A model generated the notes under the pieces. That model saw only the letters and a list, made by a program, of their open reading frames with translations, was not told the origin of the DNA and did not search any database. DNA of 61,210 nucleotides, counting the filler, from Jimgerdemannia flammicorona (Eukaryota), in the NCBI GenBank assembly GCA_003990765.1. It is 3 parts of 3 records of this genome, joined end to end, with 100 filler letters (N's around TTAATTAATTAA, not from the genome) between each part and the next. Parts side by side here need not be neighbours in the genome. Positions count along the whole stretch, not along the records: positions 40,880 to 61,210 come from RBNJ01001707.1; 2 more parts are not named here. One strand, written 5' to 3'. Position numbers and translations under genes: made by a program. This document shows positions 50,195 to 61,210 of the stretch, one piece after another (positions within the stretch are counted from its first letter, which is position 1; every line of letters begins with the position of its first letter).

Positions 50195-51771
50195 TTACCA
50201 GTGTGAACAGATCTTACTCTTCATTACTATAAACCAACTAATCCTCCTCCTCTTCATCACTATAAACCAACTGATCCTCCTCCTTCTCATATTCCAAACC
50301 ATCTTCCTCCATATATTCTGAACTACTTTCCTCTATATCCTCCTCCTCCATATCCTCCTCTGTGCTGACCTTCTCTGTGCCAACCTCCATTTTGTCCTTT
50401 ACACCAACCTCTCCATATTCCTCTGTGCCGACCTCCCCACACTAACCTCCCCATATTCCTCCATGCTGACCTCTCTCATGCCAACCTCCTCATGTTCCTC
50501 TGTACTGACCTCCCCCATGCTGACCTCCTCTGTGCTGACCTCCCCCATGCTGACCTCCTCTGTGCTGACCTCCCCCATGCTGACCTCTCCACCAATCTCT
50601 CCACCAGTGCCAACTCCTCTACTGGCACTGACTTCTTCCACCTCTCTATCTCCTCCACCACTACCCTCAACAAAATACACAAGCCTGCCATTTATCAGTC
50701 ATATATAAAGCATTTTGTCATTCTTCACTAGTACTCATTCAAATATGGCCAGCAGTTTTTCATGTTCATCTATAATGACAATTCCATCTGGACAACCTCG
50801 CTTATTCCACACTTTGGTATTCACCTTGAAGCTGGTGTGATATGATGAATGTTCTACAATTTTCGCACAGTTTTCTATCACTCTTATGACTTCTTGCCTC
50901 AGTTGGTCATCATGTACTTTCTTAATGCATTTGTTGGCTGCAGCAAAAGCACACCTAATGTCTGATTTGTAAGACCTTTTCTCTGTGAGATTTGGGGTAT
51001 CCAGGAAATTGGTTTGGTAATGCTTCCAGGTGGTGTTTGGGCAAACTTGATGGCAAAAATGGCAATTGTAGCAAGATTTGCACTCTGGCCCAGACTTAGA
51101 AGCTGGAGGATATGTATATTTTAAATATTATTAGGAAAAAAATTTGGACATTGATTTAAAAAGAAAAAAAAAAAAAAACCAACTTTTTTGAGCTGCATTA
51201 TTGGGATCTAGTGGGAGACCTTGTGCTTGCGGACTGGCAGTGAGCTGGTGGTCAAGCTGGAGATCAGGGAGCTGAGGGTTAGTAAGCTGGGAGTCGGCGA
51301 GCTTGGCAACCTGAGTGTTGGCAAGCTCAGCAGGCTGGGTGTCAGCAAGCTTGGCAGGCTGGGTGTTGGCAAGCTCAGCAGGCTGGGTGTCAGCAAGCTT
51401 GGCAGACTGGGTGTCAGCAAGCTGGGCATCTTTAGGGTGCCAAGCTTTGGGATGGTGAGCTGAAGCATGTCAAGCTTAGGGGGGGCCAAGTAAATACTTA
51501 TTGGCTAGGCAGTCATATCCACGTTTTCTCAACATAGCAGTGAATTAAGTAAGGTGAAGTGAAGGACAAGGTGAAGTGAAGAACAAGGCAAAAAGAATGA
51601 GAGGCAAAAGTAAGCTTTTGATATCTTAAATGTTCAAAAGCTATAACATCTTTCAGAAGCTCTTTCAGAATCTCTCCGAAATCTCTTTCAGAAGCTCTTT
51701 CCAAATCTCTTTGAAATCTCTTTCAAAATCTATTCGAAATCTCTTTTGAAACCCATTTCTAAATTGCATGT
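50195..51771 (-). pseudogene. Second, divergently oriented intron-containing gene inside the hAT
   Basis: Long coding-like frame 51102-50400 (SKSGPECKSCYN...EVIRVIEN...GRLVYFVEG, then an acidic EVS repeat), broken only by TGA codons. CAG acceptor at about 51103, GTAAG donor at about 50199, and an upstream TPSLPSLL-repeat exon at 51208-51489. Confidence 0.55.
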
Positions 51772-51829
51772 TGTTTACAATCTGAGGAATGAGAGTGAGG
51801 GAGATAGAGGAATATGTGAGGGTTGTACA

Positions 51830-52465
51830 AGAGGAGTGGAACACAGTGAGAAAAGCTCTGGATTACAAGCATAAGCATAAGTGTAAGCACAAGTACAAGC
51901 TTTGCTCCACTCAGCTGATAGCTGATATCATATGATATCAGCTTATTATCAGCTTGTCAGACTGAGTAGAGCAAAGCTTATGCTTATGCTTATGCTTGCA
52001 ATCTGGAGCTTTCCTCACTGCATTCCACTCCTCTCTGTGTGATTCAGTGGGTTCTGTATAAGCCCTGATTGAGTGAGGTTTGCAACAACATTTGAGCAAG
52101 ATTTGTAGTGTATTTGAGTGAGATTTGCAGTGAGATTTGTAGTGAGGTTCGAGTGAGATTTGTAAGCAAGATTTGCATAAGCCAGGTTTTATAAGCCTTG
52201 TGCTTGCAAGCTCAGCTGATAGCTGATATCATGTGATATCAGCTTATATACATGTCATATCAGCTTGTGACTGAGCTTGTCCAGGCTTGTAAGTATAAGG
52301 CTTACAAATCTCACTTTAATCTTATATGCAAATCTCACTTGCAAATCTCACTTTAATCTTGCTTGCAAATCTTGCTCGAACCTCACTGCAAATATTGCTC
52401 AAATATACCATAAACCTTGCTCAAATGTCGTTACAAACCTTGCTTAATGCAGAACATACTGAATC
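51830..52465. repeat. Two adjacent long imperfect inverted repeats (51830-52034 and 52041-52465)
   Basis: Arms AGAGGAGTGGA...TCCACTCCTCT and GATTCAGT...ACTGAATC. Each contains the palindrome AGCTGATATCAT(A/G)TGATATCAGCT. Confidence 0.85.
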
Positions 52466-52759
52466 TCCAAAGTATGTTTGCTGTTTGCAGTTGCATAATG
52501 GGTACCAGTTCACCACCTGTACATATTTATTCATCCATCCTCTGTCCACAATTGATCATTGGCTATCGCACACTACCTCACTGCTCTCCCCAGCTTGCTG
52601 ACTCCTGTTTCAGACCCCACAGTTCCTGGCTTTTCCCACTGCTCACTCCCCCAGCTCATTTCCCAGTTCACCACTCCCTAGCTCACCACTTCCTAACCAC
52701 TTTCCAGCCCTTGGCCTCCCACTCAAGCTCCTAGTCTCTATCATTATCAAATATTTGAA

Positions 52760-55130
52760 ATGTCTAAAGATCAAGAAGTATATTTAGAAGAAATCTCAGA
52801 ACTGTTGGATGATATATTAGAGGATATATCAGAGGATATATCAGATATCTCCACTAGTTTGTTATCACCAATGAGTATGAGAATAAAAATAAAAATAAAA
52901 CCTGGTGATAGCTGGGTGTGAAATCATACCACAAAGGTAGTTTTATACATTGTGCTAATGGTTGCATTCATAGAGGTGATTGGTCTCATCAGTCGTAAGG
53001 GTGGGTGGTTGGTTATAAGCAGTTGAGGTTCTAATATAGTCTCATATCTCTCTATTCAAATAGAATTTACAAAGTAAGCTCATCAGTTGCAACTATTGCA
53101 TGACTTGGAGTTATATATCGAAGAATAGCAATATTAACAATCTTAAATGATATCTCTGAAAGCATCACAATGTCATACTCTTACCTCTTTAGTGTGCTAA
53201 GAATTCTTGCTGATCTAAGAAAGATGATATTGTAAGTATAGATAGAATGGAATTCGGGAAGTACTTAGGAGGTTATTAGAAAAATAATTCATCAAATTTT
53301 ATTATTACAAATAGGAACACACTAGCAAGACTTTAAGTGATAAAAATTTCCATTGGTTAATTGCCAACTTCATTGTCACTGGATATCAGCCATTCTCCAC
53401 TATCGAAAATACTGGCTTCAAGTATCTCCTTTACATATTACACCCTGATCTGGCCCTTCCATTGGCTGATATGATTTTACAAGTTATTCGAAAGGAATTT
53501 GAACTATTGTGGACTCAAGTGAAAGTAAGGCTAGCAGGGCTCAAGTCAAAGGTATCACTTACACTTAATTATTGGACATTGGACATTAACATCAAGGCCT
53601 TCCTTGGAATAACAGCTCATTGTATTGACAGTGATTGGAAGATGCATGACATTATCTTAGACTTTGTGAATATTAGCGAAATAATACACATGGGTGCCAA
53701 TCTTGCAAAAAGTCTGAAGCTAGTAATAGATGATTTATTGCCTAGTAATAATCAAATTATTGCTATTGTGTGTGACAATACCAGTAACAATGATACTCTG
53801 TTTGAGAATCTCCATCATCCACTTGCTCATATACATTGTTTCGGGTATATGTTGAATCTCATCATTCATAATGCTCTTGGTTCTCTTAGTGAGCCTATTG
53901 GAAAGCTATAGGAGTTGATAAAGAAGATCAAAAATTCAGTACAATAACAAGCACAACTGGCAAAGGTCTATAAATCCTCTGGAATTTCCATTTTGAAGCC
54001 TCTCTTAGATGTTACAATGAGATGGAGTTCTACACTTGAAATGTTAGCACATGCTCTGGAGATTTGTAAGGTAAGATTTTGAATCTATTTGTATAGATTT
54101 TGGAATATGATTCAGAAGTATTTTGGTACTAAATAAATTGATATTATATCCAAATAGAGCTTGGATATATTGTGTGCTATGGATAAGTAAATGAGTGATA
54201 TATCTGAAGATGCATGGTAACAATTTGAATTGATTTATCGATTTCTCAAGCCTTTTGCCAAAGTGACAACCATGATGTCAGCTTTGAAGTATCCTACAAT
54301 AGCAGCTGTTATCCCACTATTTAATCAGCTATGTGATCACCTCAAAGATGTCATTGATACATATCAAACTGGTGAATATTTTAATCAGGTATATATATGA
54401 TTTTGAAAGTAATTTTATTTGTAAATTTAGAAACTAATTTAGTAAGTAATTGGGAAGTAATATGTATATATTTTTATTTTTTATAAATAATGCTTACTGC
54501 TGCTGAGAATGCATATATGAAACTTCTAAAGTATTACTGCAAGACAACACCATTATACAGCATAGCTTCAGCCTTAGATCCACATATCAACATGCATTAT
54601 TTCTATCATGAGCAATGGAAAAAATCCTTAATTGATGAATGGAAGAATCAGATGGAACATATCTAGGAAAAGGAGTATAAGCCTATTAATGCTGTCATTA
54701 TACCCTCAATATCTTGTGATACTGATGATTTTATCAACTCAATATATGAGAAGAAACAGTACATTGATGTGAATGATGAGCTTAAATAGTGGGTGTTGTT
54801 TTTATGTTTTTTGGTTGGCTTGGTTAATTTTCACTCATATTTCTCTATTTCAGTTATTTGTTAGAGAATCCAGCTAATCCTCATATAGATATATTGGATT
54901 GGTGACAGTGAAATCAGTCAGTATATCCCAATCTTTCATGAATGGCTCACAATTATCTTGCTATTTCAGCAACATCTGTTCTATCTGAACATATTTTTTC
55001 TATTACTGGTGAGCTAGTAACTGAATGTCGAAACAGCTTGTATATAAATACAATTCATGCATGCATGTGTTTGGATTCTTGGTGGTCTTCAGATATTTTT
55101 CACTTTCAATTACTCTGAAAATTATCCAAA
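52760..55130 (+). pseudogene. hAT transposase with BED-type N-terminus, intron-containing
   Basis: SLTLNYWT...FLGITAH, VCDNTSNN, HIHCFGYMLNL, LDVTMRWSST, ASALDP, and YPNLS*MAHNYLAISATSVLSEHIFS (hAT dimerisation domain). Confidence 0.93.
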
Positions 55131-56110
55131 TATTTTCTGAATCATTTTTTCAGGGCAGAGTTCAGAGGGTCGGGTTCAGGGTCAGGTTCAGGGGTTGGGT
55201 TCAGGGTCAGGTTCAGGGGTCAGATTCAGGTTTAAGTTAAGGGTAAATAATGAGTTGGGTGACATATATTTCCAGGTAAGGTTAAAGATGGGTTATGTTT
55301 AATTCTGGCTCGGATTAAAGATGAGTAATATATCTTTCCAGGTCAGGTTAAAGACAGGTGACATACAATTCTAGGTCGGGTTAAAGATGGGTGATGTATA
55401 ATTCTGGGTCGGGTTAAAGATGGGTGATGTATAATTCTGGGTTGGATTAAAGATAGTAATGTCTAATTTCAGGTTGGCTGTTTTATGGGTTGGGTTTCAG
55501 GTTAATCGGGTTGGGTTTGTGGAGTACTACTCCTAACTATAATTATATAGTCAACTATCTTCCAGGAAGTCACTACAAAGTTATAAAGTCAAGCTAAAGA
55601 ATAAGGTCTTTTTACCTAAACAGAAGTATATTCCTTGGCCACCCTTCCTCTAATCTATAATCAGGATAGGTACTAGTTCTCAAGACAATAAGAGATTAAT
55701 AACCAAGAATAGCATTTTTAAGCAATGAGATATTGTAACCATGAAAGACACCCAGACTGCCATAACTGTAGATACTAGAAGATTTACCTTAGCCAGGATG
55801 TTGTAGTCCATATACTAAAGAGAGGAGACAATAGAACTAGAAATCAGGAAGAAGGACTCTTAAGATCTATAACTTGGAAGAAGATATCCTAGCTCTCATC
55901 AGATATATAACTTGCTAAGGATGGATAGAAGATACCACCAACTTCATAGAAGCCCTAGACTCTATAGAAAAAAGAGAAATTAACTATCTCTGAGATCTCT
56001 CTACTGGAGCCAGATGGCTGTACCTCAACCTCATTATCTGAAGGCTTTCTATCAGTAGAGCTTTAGCCCAAGGATAGCCTAAACTTAACAAAGATGTTGT
56101 CCAGTATATC

Positions 56111-56510
56111 TTGCTATATTTCAATACCAAACTCCTGACCAAAGCTCATCAAGAAGATATAGGATATGATCTCTACAGTCTAGAGAATAAATCTATCAAA
56201 CCTGGAAGAATATTGATATTCAGAATGGAACTAGCCATACAGCCACCCAAAGGAACTTACATTCAGCTGACCTCAAGATCTGGACTTATCAGATAAGAAG
56301 TAACTATAGAAAGAGAAACCATAGACTCTGAATATGTAAGTAAAATCAAGATTATCTTATATAATAGTAGTACAGAATAGTACTGAATCCTTAAAGGACA
56401 AAAGACTATACAGACAGTCTTCATAGAAGTTAAGATCTCTCAATTATAAGAAGTTTCTAAACTGATTGAAGGAATAAGACAAACTAAAGAATTTGAAAGC
56501 TCAGACAAGA
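56111..56510 (+). pseudogene. dut: Retroelement dUTPase (family A), between protease and RT
   Basis: AHQEDIGYDLYS, TSRSGL, TIDSEYVSKIKIIL, KGQKTIQ and RQTKEFESSD: decayed dUTPase motifs 1-5. Confidence 0.88.
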
Positions 56511-59371
56511 AGGAAGTATATCTCTTCTAGATCAACTATCTCAAGAAAAATGCCCTCTAGCAAATATATTACCAATCAGTCAAACTGTACAAGAACCTCA
56601 TCCTGAAGTCAGAAGAGCAACCCACCTTCAAAATCTTTATACCACCCAACTCCAGAAACCTTTTCTTTAAACTCAATAAAGATATCTCAAACCTGGATAT
56701 TGAGAGATATATATTTCTTAATAAGATGAATCTGGTATACTTCTGAGCAATCAACCAGAGCTGGGAAAGTATCATCTTGTCATAAGAAACTATTATCAGA
56801 TACCTAGTACTCTTCCTCAACTAAACCCACAGAGAAGTCTATGAGCTAAATCTATTAGGAAATAGCAAAAGATCCTAGAAGAAAAGAAAGGCCTCTCTGC
56901 AACTTAGGAGACAGTAAAGCCTTTCACCAATATTAGAGAAAAATTGACATCTCAGTAATGATAGCAACTAGTAAAACTCCTTCACAAATATCAAGATATC
57001 TTTACAACTGATTATGGTAACCTGTCATACAACCTATCATACTACTACAGTATAAATATAGAAAATATAACACCCATCTGGTAGAAACTCTATAGAATAC
57101 CCCACTATCTAAAGATATTTAAAAAGAAATATATTCAAGAACTCTTAGACAATAGAGTTATCTGATCCTCTACCAGTTCTTAGATTAGCCCCATACTTAT
57201 CATACTAAAGAAAGGAGGATGGAGACTCTGCATAGACTAGAGGAAACTTAATTCAGTCATTGAGAAGAATACCTATTCTTTGTCCAGAATTGATGATCTC
57301 TTGGATCAGTTACAGGATACCAGATACTTCAGCAGTATAGACCTTTTTGCAGGATTCTATAAGATCTCTATGGATCCTAAAGATATTCAGAAGATAGCCC
57401 TCCTTACCTTAGAAAAACTGTTTGAGTACCTCTGAATGTCCTTTGAACTTTACAATACACCCCCCACCTTTCAGAGAATGATGAACTTAGTCTATGGTTC
57501 ACTGATTTACTACTATCTGATTATATAAATAGATGATTTTAATATCTATTCAGAAAATTTCAAAGAATACCTGTACTACTTAGAAGAATTCTTCAAGCTT
57601 ACCTACAAGAATTATCTGAGACTCAATGTCAAGAAATACTACTTTGGAAAACAGAAACTCAAATTTCTTAGATTTATAGTCTCAAAAGAAAAACTCCATA
57701 CAGATCTAAAGAAAACTAAAAAGATCAACAACTGGCCAGCATCCAAGACCCTAAAGAAAACACTATCATTCCTAATATTAGTATTCTATTATAAAAGGTT
57801 TATCAAGAACTTTACCCAAATTTCTACCCCAATCTAAATCCTTTTCAAGAAAGAAGTGTCTTACAAATAGATAGAATTACAAGAGAGAGCCTTTAAGGAA
57901 CTTAAGCATTATATAACTATAGTACCAATCCTTTTTCAGCCTAATTTACAAAAGTCATTTATCTTATATACAGATATTTTCAAAGATGGTCTCAGAGTAG
58001 TTTTAGCCTAAAAAAAATCTGACCAACAATATCATATAATAGCTTATATAAGTCAAGCTACTAATTAGCAGCAGATTAACCACAGTAGCACCAAATTGAA
58101 ATATCTTATAGTCATATGAGCAGTTACTCTGTTCAAATATTACTTTATTAGAAAAGATTCATTCTAATAACTGACTATATAGCTCTCAAATGGCTATTTA
58201 ACTACAAGAAACCCACTGGAATCCTGATCCACTGGATCTTTATCCTTCAGGATTACAAAATCACCATAATCTACAAAGTAGAAAAAGCTCACAACAATAT
58301 TGATATACTTTTCCATCAATCTCAATAAACTAGAAGAAGAGTATACTAAGGAACTATACTCTAAAGAAAGCTCCTCTGACCATCAAAGCACAAAAAGATC
58401 TCATTCAGAAAGAATACCAAAAGGCCCACCAAGAACAGGCAAATGAGAAAGAAAAACTGTACACAACATATCAATATTGGCCCAACCTCAGAATATAAGT
58501 CTGAGATATACTTAGGAAATATAATATCTGTCAAAAGTACTAATGAAAGAAAAATTATCAAGCACTATTATAACCAATTATACTATTAGACAATATCTTC
58601 CAGAGATGAGAGTAGATATAATCAGACTACTACCAGTTATACCAAAAAAGAATAAGTATATCCTAGTATTTGTAAAATATCTAACCAAGTGGTTCAAAGC
58701 TTTTCCAATAGAAATCACAGATGTCTTGACTATTATAGGTCTCCTTTATAGACTTATACTCAGATATAGACCTCTAGAAGAACTCATCTCTAACTAAAGT
58801 ACAGAATTTATCAATAATATAATCATAAGTTATGTCTGAATTTACAAGATCCATCTCAAATAGACTATATCATACTATCCTCAAACTAATAGTATGATAG
58901 AATAAATGAACTAAGCTATTAAAAAAGAACTTGTCTAAGTCAATCCTACTAACTGAGATCTCTACTTATCTGAGATCCTATGGAAAATTTATAATACTCC
59001 CACTATCTCTATCAAATAAAAACTATTCAAAATAATGTTTACAAAGAAGATCTGACCTACTGATCATGAGAATCTCAGAGATCTTCTTAAGAAGGCAGAA
59101 CAGTTATATAATCAAGCCTGAGTTTAGATTATAAAGACCTAAGATAAAAAAAGTACTATAATCAGAAGCAGAAAGATCAGAAGATCAAGATTGGAGATTA
59201 AGTACTAGTTTGGAGAAGTATGATTGAAATAAACTTTATTATCAAACTAGAGCCCAAATGGAAAGAACCTTATCTTATATATAATATCAGAGAAACTAGT
59301 ATCCATTTAAGAAGTATAGATAGACAAACTCTGAGAACACTAGCATACATCAATTGCCTTAAGATATTACT

Positions 59372-59883
59372 ATGAATCAGAGGATTAACTAGTACCTTCA
59401 GACCCCTATTCTTAGCTTATTTAAATCACTTTCAGTTTCTCTACTCCAATTTTGCTAAGCTAATGAAATCTTCTGTTAGTGAATCCAGATTTATCAAGAG
59501 AATCTCATCTTGTCAGATGTCTACTATAAGTCCACTAACTGCAGACCTACTATACTATTAGTGTACAATTACAAAACCTTCTAGCTTCCAAGCAAACTTA
59601 TATTAGAAATATCACAGATCTGATAAGAAGATATGTCATTACTATAAACAGATTATATATATTCTATAAGTGAAACATTCCAGTATTAATGCAGATACAG
59701 TTCTCTCTGAATAATATATAAGAAATGAATTTAGCTACCTATCTAAGTATTATCAATTGTATTAAAATTCTATTCTCAGAAGAAGAGAAGGAATCAGTAA
59801 AATGGAGTAACCCAGATATAAATAAAGATGATAGCTCAGATATTGATGCTGAAGATATATATTTACATTAAAATAATGACTAA
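59372..59883 (+). pseudogene. ORF3 homolog in the second family A copy
   Basis: ATGA overlap with the pol stop. MNQRIN*YLQTL-like start and WSNPDINKDDSSDIDAED end. The middle is divergent from 42957-43450. Confidence 0.65.
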
Positions 59884-60783
59884 AGAATAGTCTGAGAACA
59901 GACCATCCTTTAGTGGGGGCTGATGTGATGAGTAGCAGAAATTGTACTACTAATATTATATATAAAATAACTATATATTATAGTGAATATACTAGGTAGT
60001 CCTGAGTATATAGTATAAAAGACAGTCAAACATATCTAAGGATATCTAGGACTGCTTTGTTATAATAATTTATATAATTAGCCAAAGATACCAGAAAGAA
60101 TATATTTACTATATAGACCCTATATACTATATAGACTCTGTATACTATACAGACTCTGTATACTATATAGACTCTATATATCTGTTATAAATAGCATTCT
60201 ATACTTAGCTATGTAGCAATCAGATAGTAACTAACTTAGAAAGAATCTGTATTATCTAAGTTATTGAATTATCTACCAAACTAAGTTATCTGCCATCTGA
60301 GTTATCAAGTTATCTATCAAACCAAGTCATCTACTATTTTTAAGAAATCTGCATAAGAAAGTTCACCAAGATAATTATGCTCAAAATTATATACTTTTGA
60401 AAATAAGATTGTTATGCTAGAAATTACATACTTTTGAAAATAAGATTGTTATACAGAGATCATCATACTATATAGAGATCATTATGCTATATAGAGATTA
60501 CCACTCAGAAATTATATACTTTTAGAGATCACTACACTATACCAAATTGCTATATACCTAGGAACTATCTCAGTAAGGGAATTGGTATATAAATCAACTA
60601 CTATATTCAGATTTGACCATTATACTACTAAATATCAAGAACTTCAAGAATTATAGAATATTTTATTACTTTTTAACAAAGTAACTGAGGGCTCAAGCCA
60701 AATTACATCAATCTCCAACCTTGTAATTTGCCTTTATTGAGTCAGGCACATTATACTATATAGATAATCTACTATAATATGAG

Positions 60784-61210
60784 TAGTGCTCCGCAAACCC
60801 GACCCGATTAACCCGAAACCCGACCCGTAAAACAGCCAACCCGGAATTAGACGTCACCCGTCTTTAACCCAACCCGGAATTATACGTCACCCGTCTTTAA
60901 CCCGACCCGGAATTATACGTCACCCGTCTTTAACCCGACCCAGAATTGTACGTCACCCGTCTTTAACCCGACCCGGAATAATACGTCACCCGTCTTTAAC
61001 CCGACCCGGAATAATACGTCACCCGTCTTTAACCCGACCTGGAAATGTATGTCACCCGACCCGTTATTTACCCTTAACCCAAACCTGAACCCGACCCCTG
61101 AACCCGACCCTGAACCCGACCCCTGAACCCGACCCTGAACCCGACCCTCTGAACTCTGCTCTGAAAAAATGATTCGGAAAATATTTGGATAATATTCAGA
61201 GTAATTGAAA
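60784..61210 (-). mobile_element. Right end of a CpG-intact copy of the same hAT (truncated by window end)
   Basis: Reverse complement of 55103-55529. TIR TAGTGCTCCGCAAACCC and about 7 copies of 33-bp TTTAACCCGACCCGGAATTATACGTCACCCGTC. Confidence 0.93.

Larger units (their letters stand above)
49665..55529 (+). mobile_element. hAT DNA transposon, 5.9 kb, degenerate
   Basis: TIRs TAGTGCATCGCAACCC / GGGTTTGTGGAGTACTA. 8-bp TSD CTTCTAAC / CTCCTAAC. Inverted arrays of 33-bp subterminal repeats at both ends, and a transposase gene. Confidence 0.95.
45303..60755 (+). mobile_element. Full-length degenerate Gypsy family A element (gag-PR-dUTPase-RT-RH-IN-ORF3), interrupted by a hAT
   Basis: 5' LTR about 45303-46501 and 3' LTR 59924-60755 (internally deleted). 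PBS 46504; gag with CFYCRQFGYYTTEC at about 47968; protease ILIDIGVA at about 48660; RT 57050-57700; RNase H to 58330; integrase to 59375; PPT TTTAGTGGGGGCTGA. Confidence 0.95.

Noticed and set aside
51030..51085. CKSCYNCHFCHQVC as a zinc finger
   Set aside because: TGC/CAT codons are the expected CpG-decay products of Arg codons in this element, so it cannot be supported without a young copy.
60830..61150. 33-bp repeats as a CRISPR array or telomere (TAACCC content)
   Set aside because: Head-to-tail with no spacers, eukaryotic context, and located directly inside a hAT TIR with mirrored copies at 49700 and 55255: these are subterminal repeats.

Overview
Eukaryotic, almost certainly fungal DNA. 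Intron style, the LaeA-like methyltransferase and the TE load suggest an early-diverging Mucoromycota/Endogonales-type genome (inference). The window is three contigs (20,344, 20,335 and 20,331 bp) joined by 100-bp N44-TTAATTAATTAA-N44 linkers, so adjacency across 20345-20444 and 40780-40879 is probably artificial. Contig 1 holds a tandem array of at least 7 copies of an unknown-domain + C-terminal Zn(II)2Cys6-like gene (one intact ORF at 18435-19661, the rest broken), plus a Gypsy 5' fragment, a short Copia derivative and hAT-type MITEs. Contig 2 holds a frameshifted ubiquitin/Cys-rich/RING gene, an intact 8-exon SAM methyltransferase, two decayed Gypsy families and a near full-length L1/Tx1-like LINE. 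Contig 3 holds two copies of a Gypsy element that carries a dUTPase, a tRNA-Pro-like PBS and a conserved extra ORF coupled to pol by ATGA; one copy is interrupted by a 5.9-kb hAT with a second divergent gene and two large palindromes. Throughout, a domain-restricted C>T/G>A hypermutation extending beyond CpG has erased repeats while sparing neighbouring copies of the same sequences.
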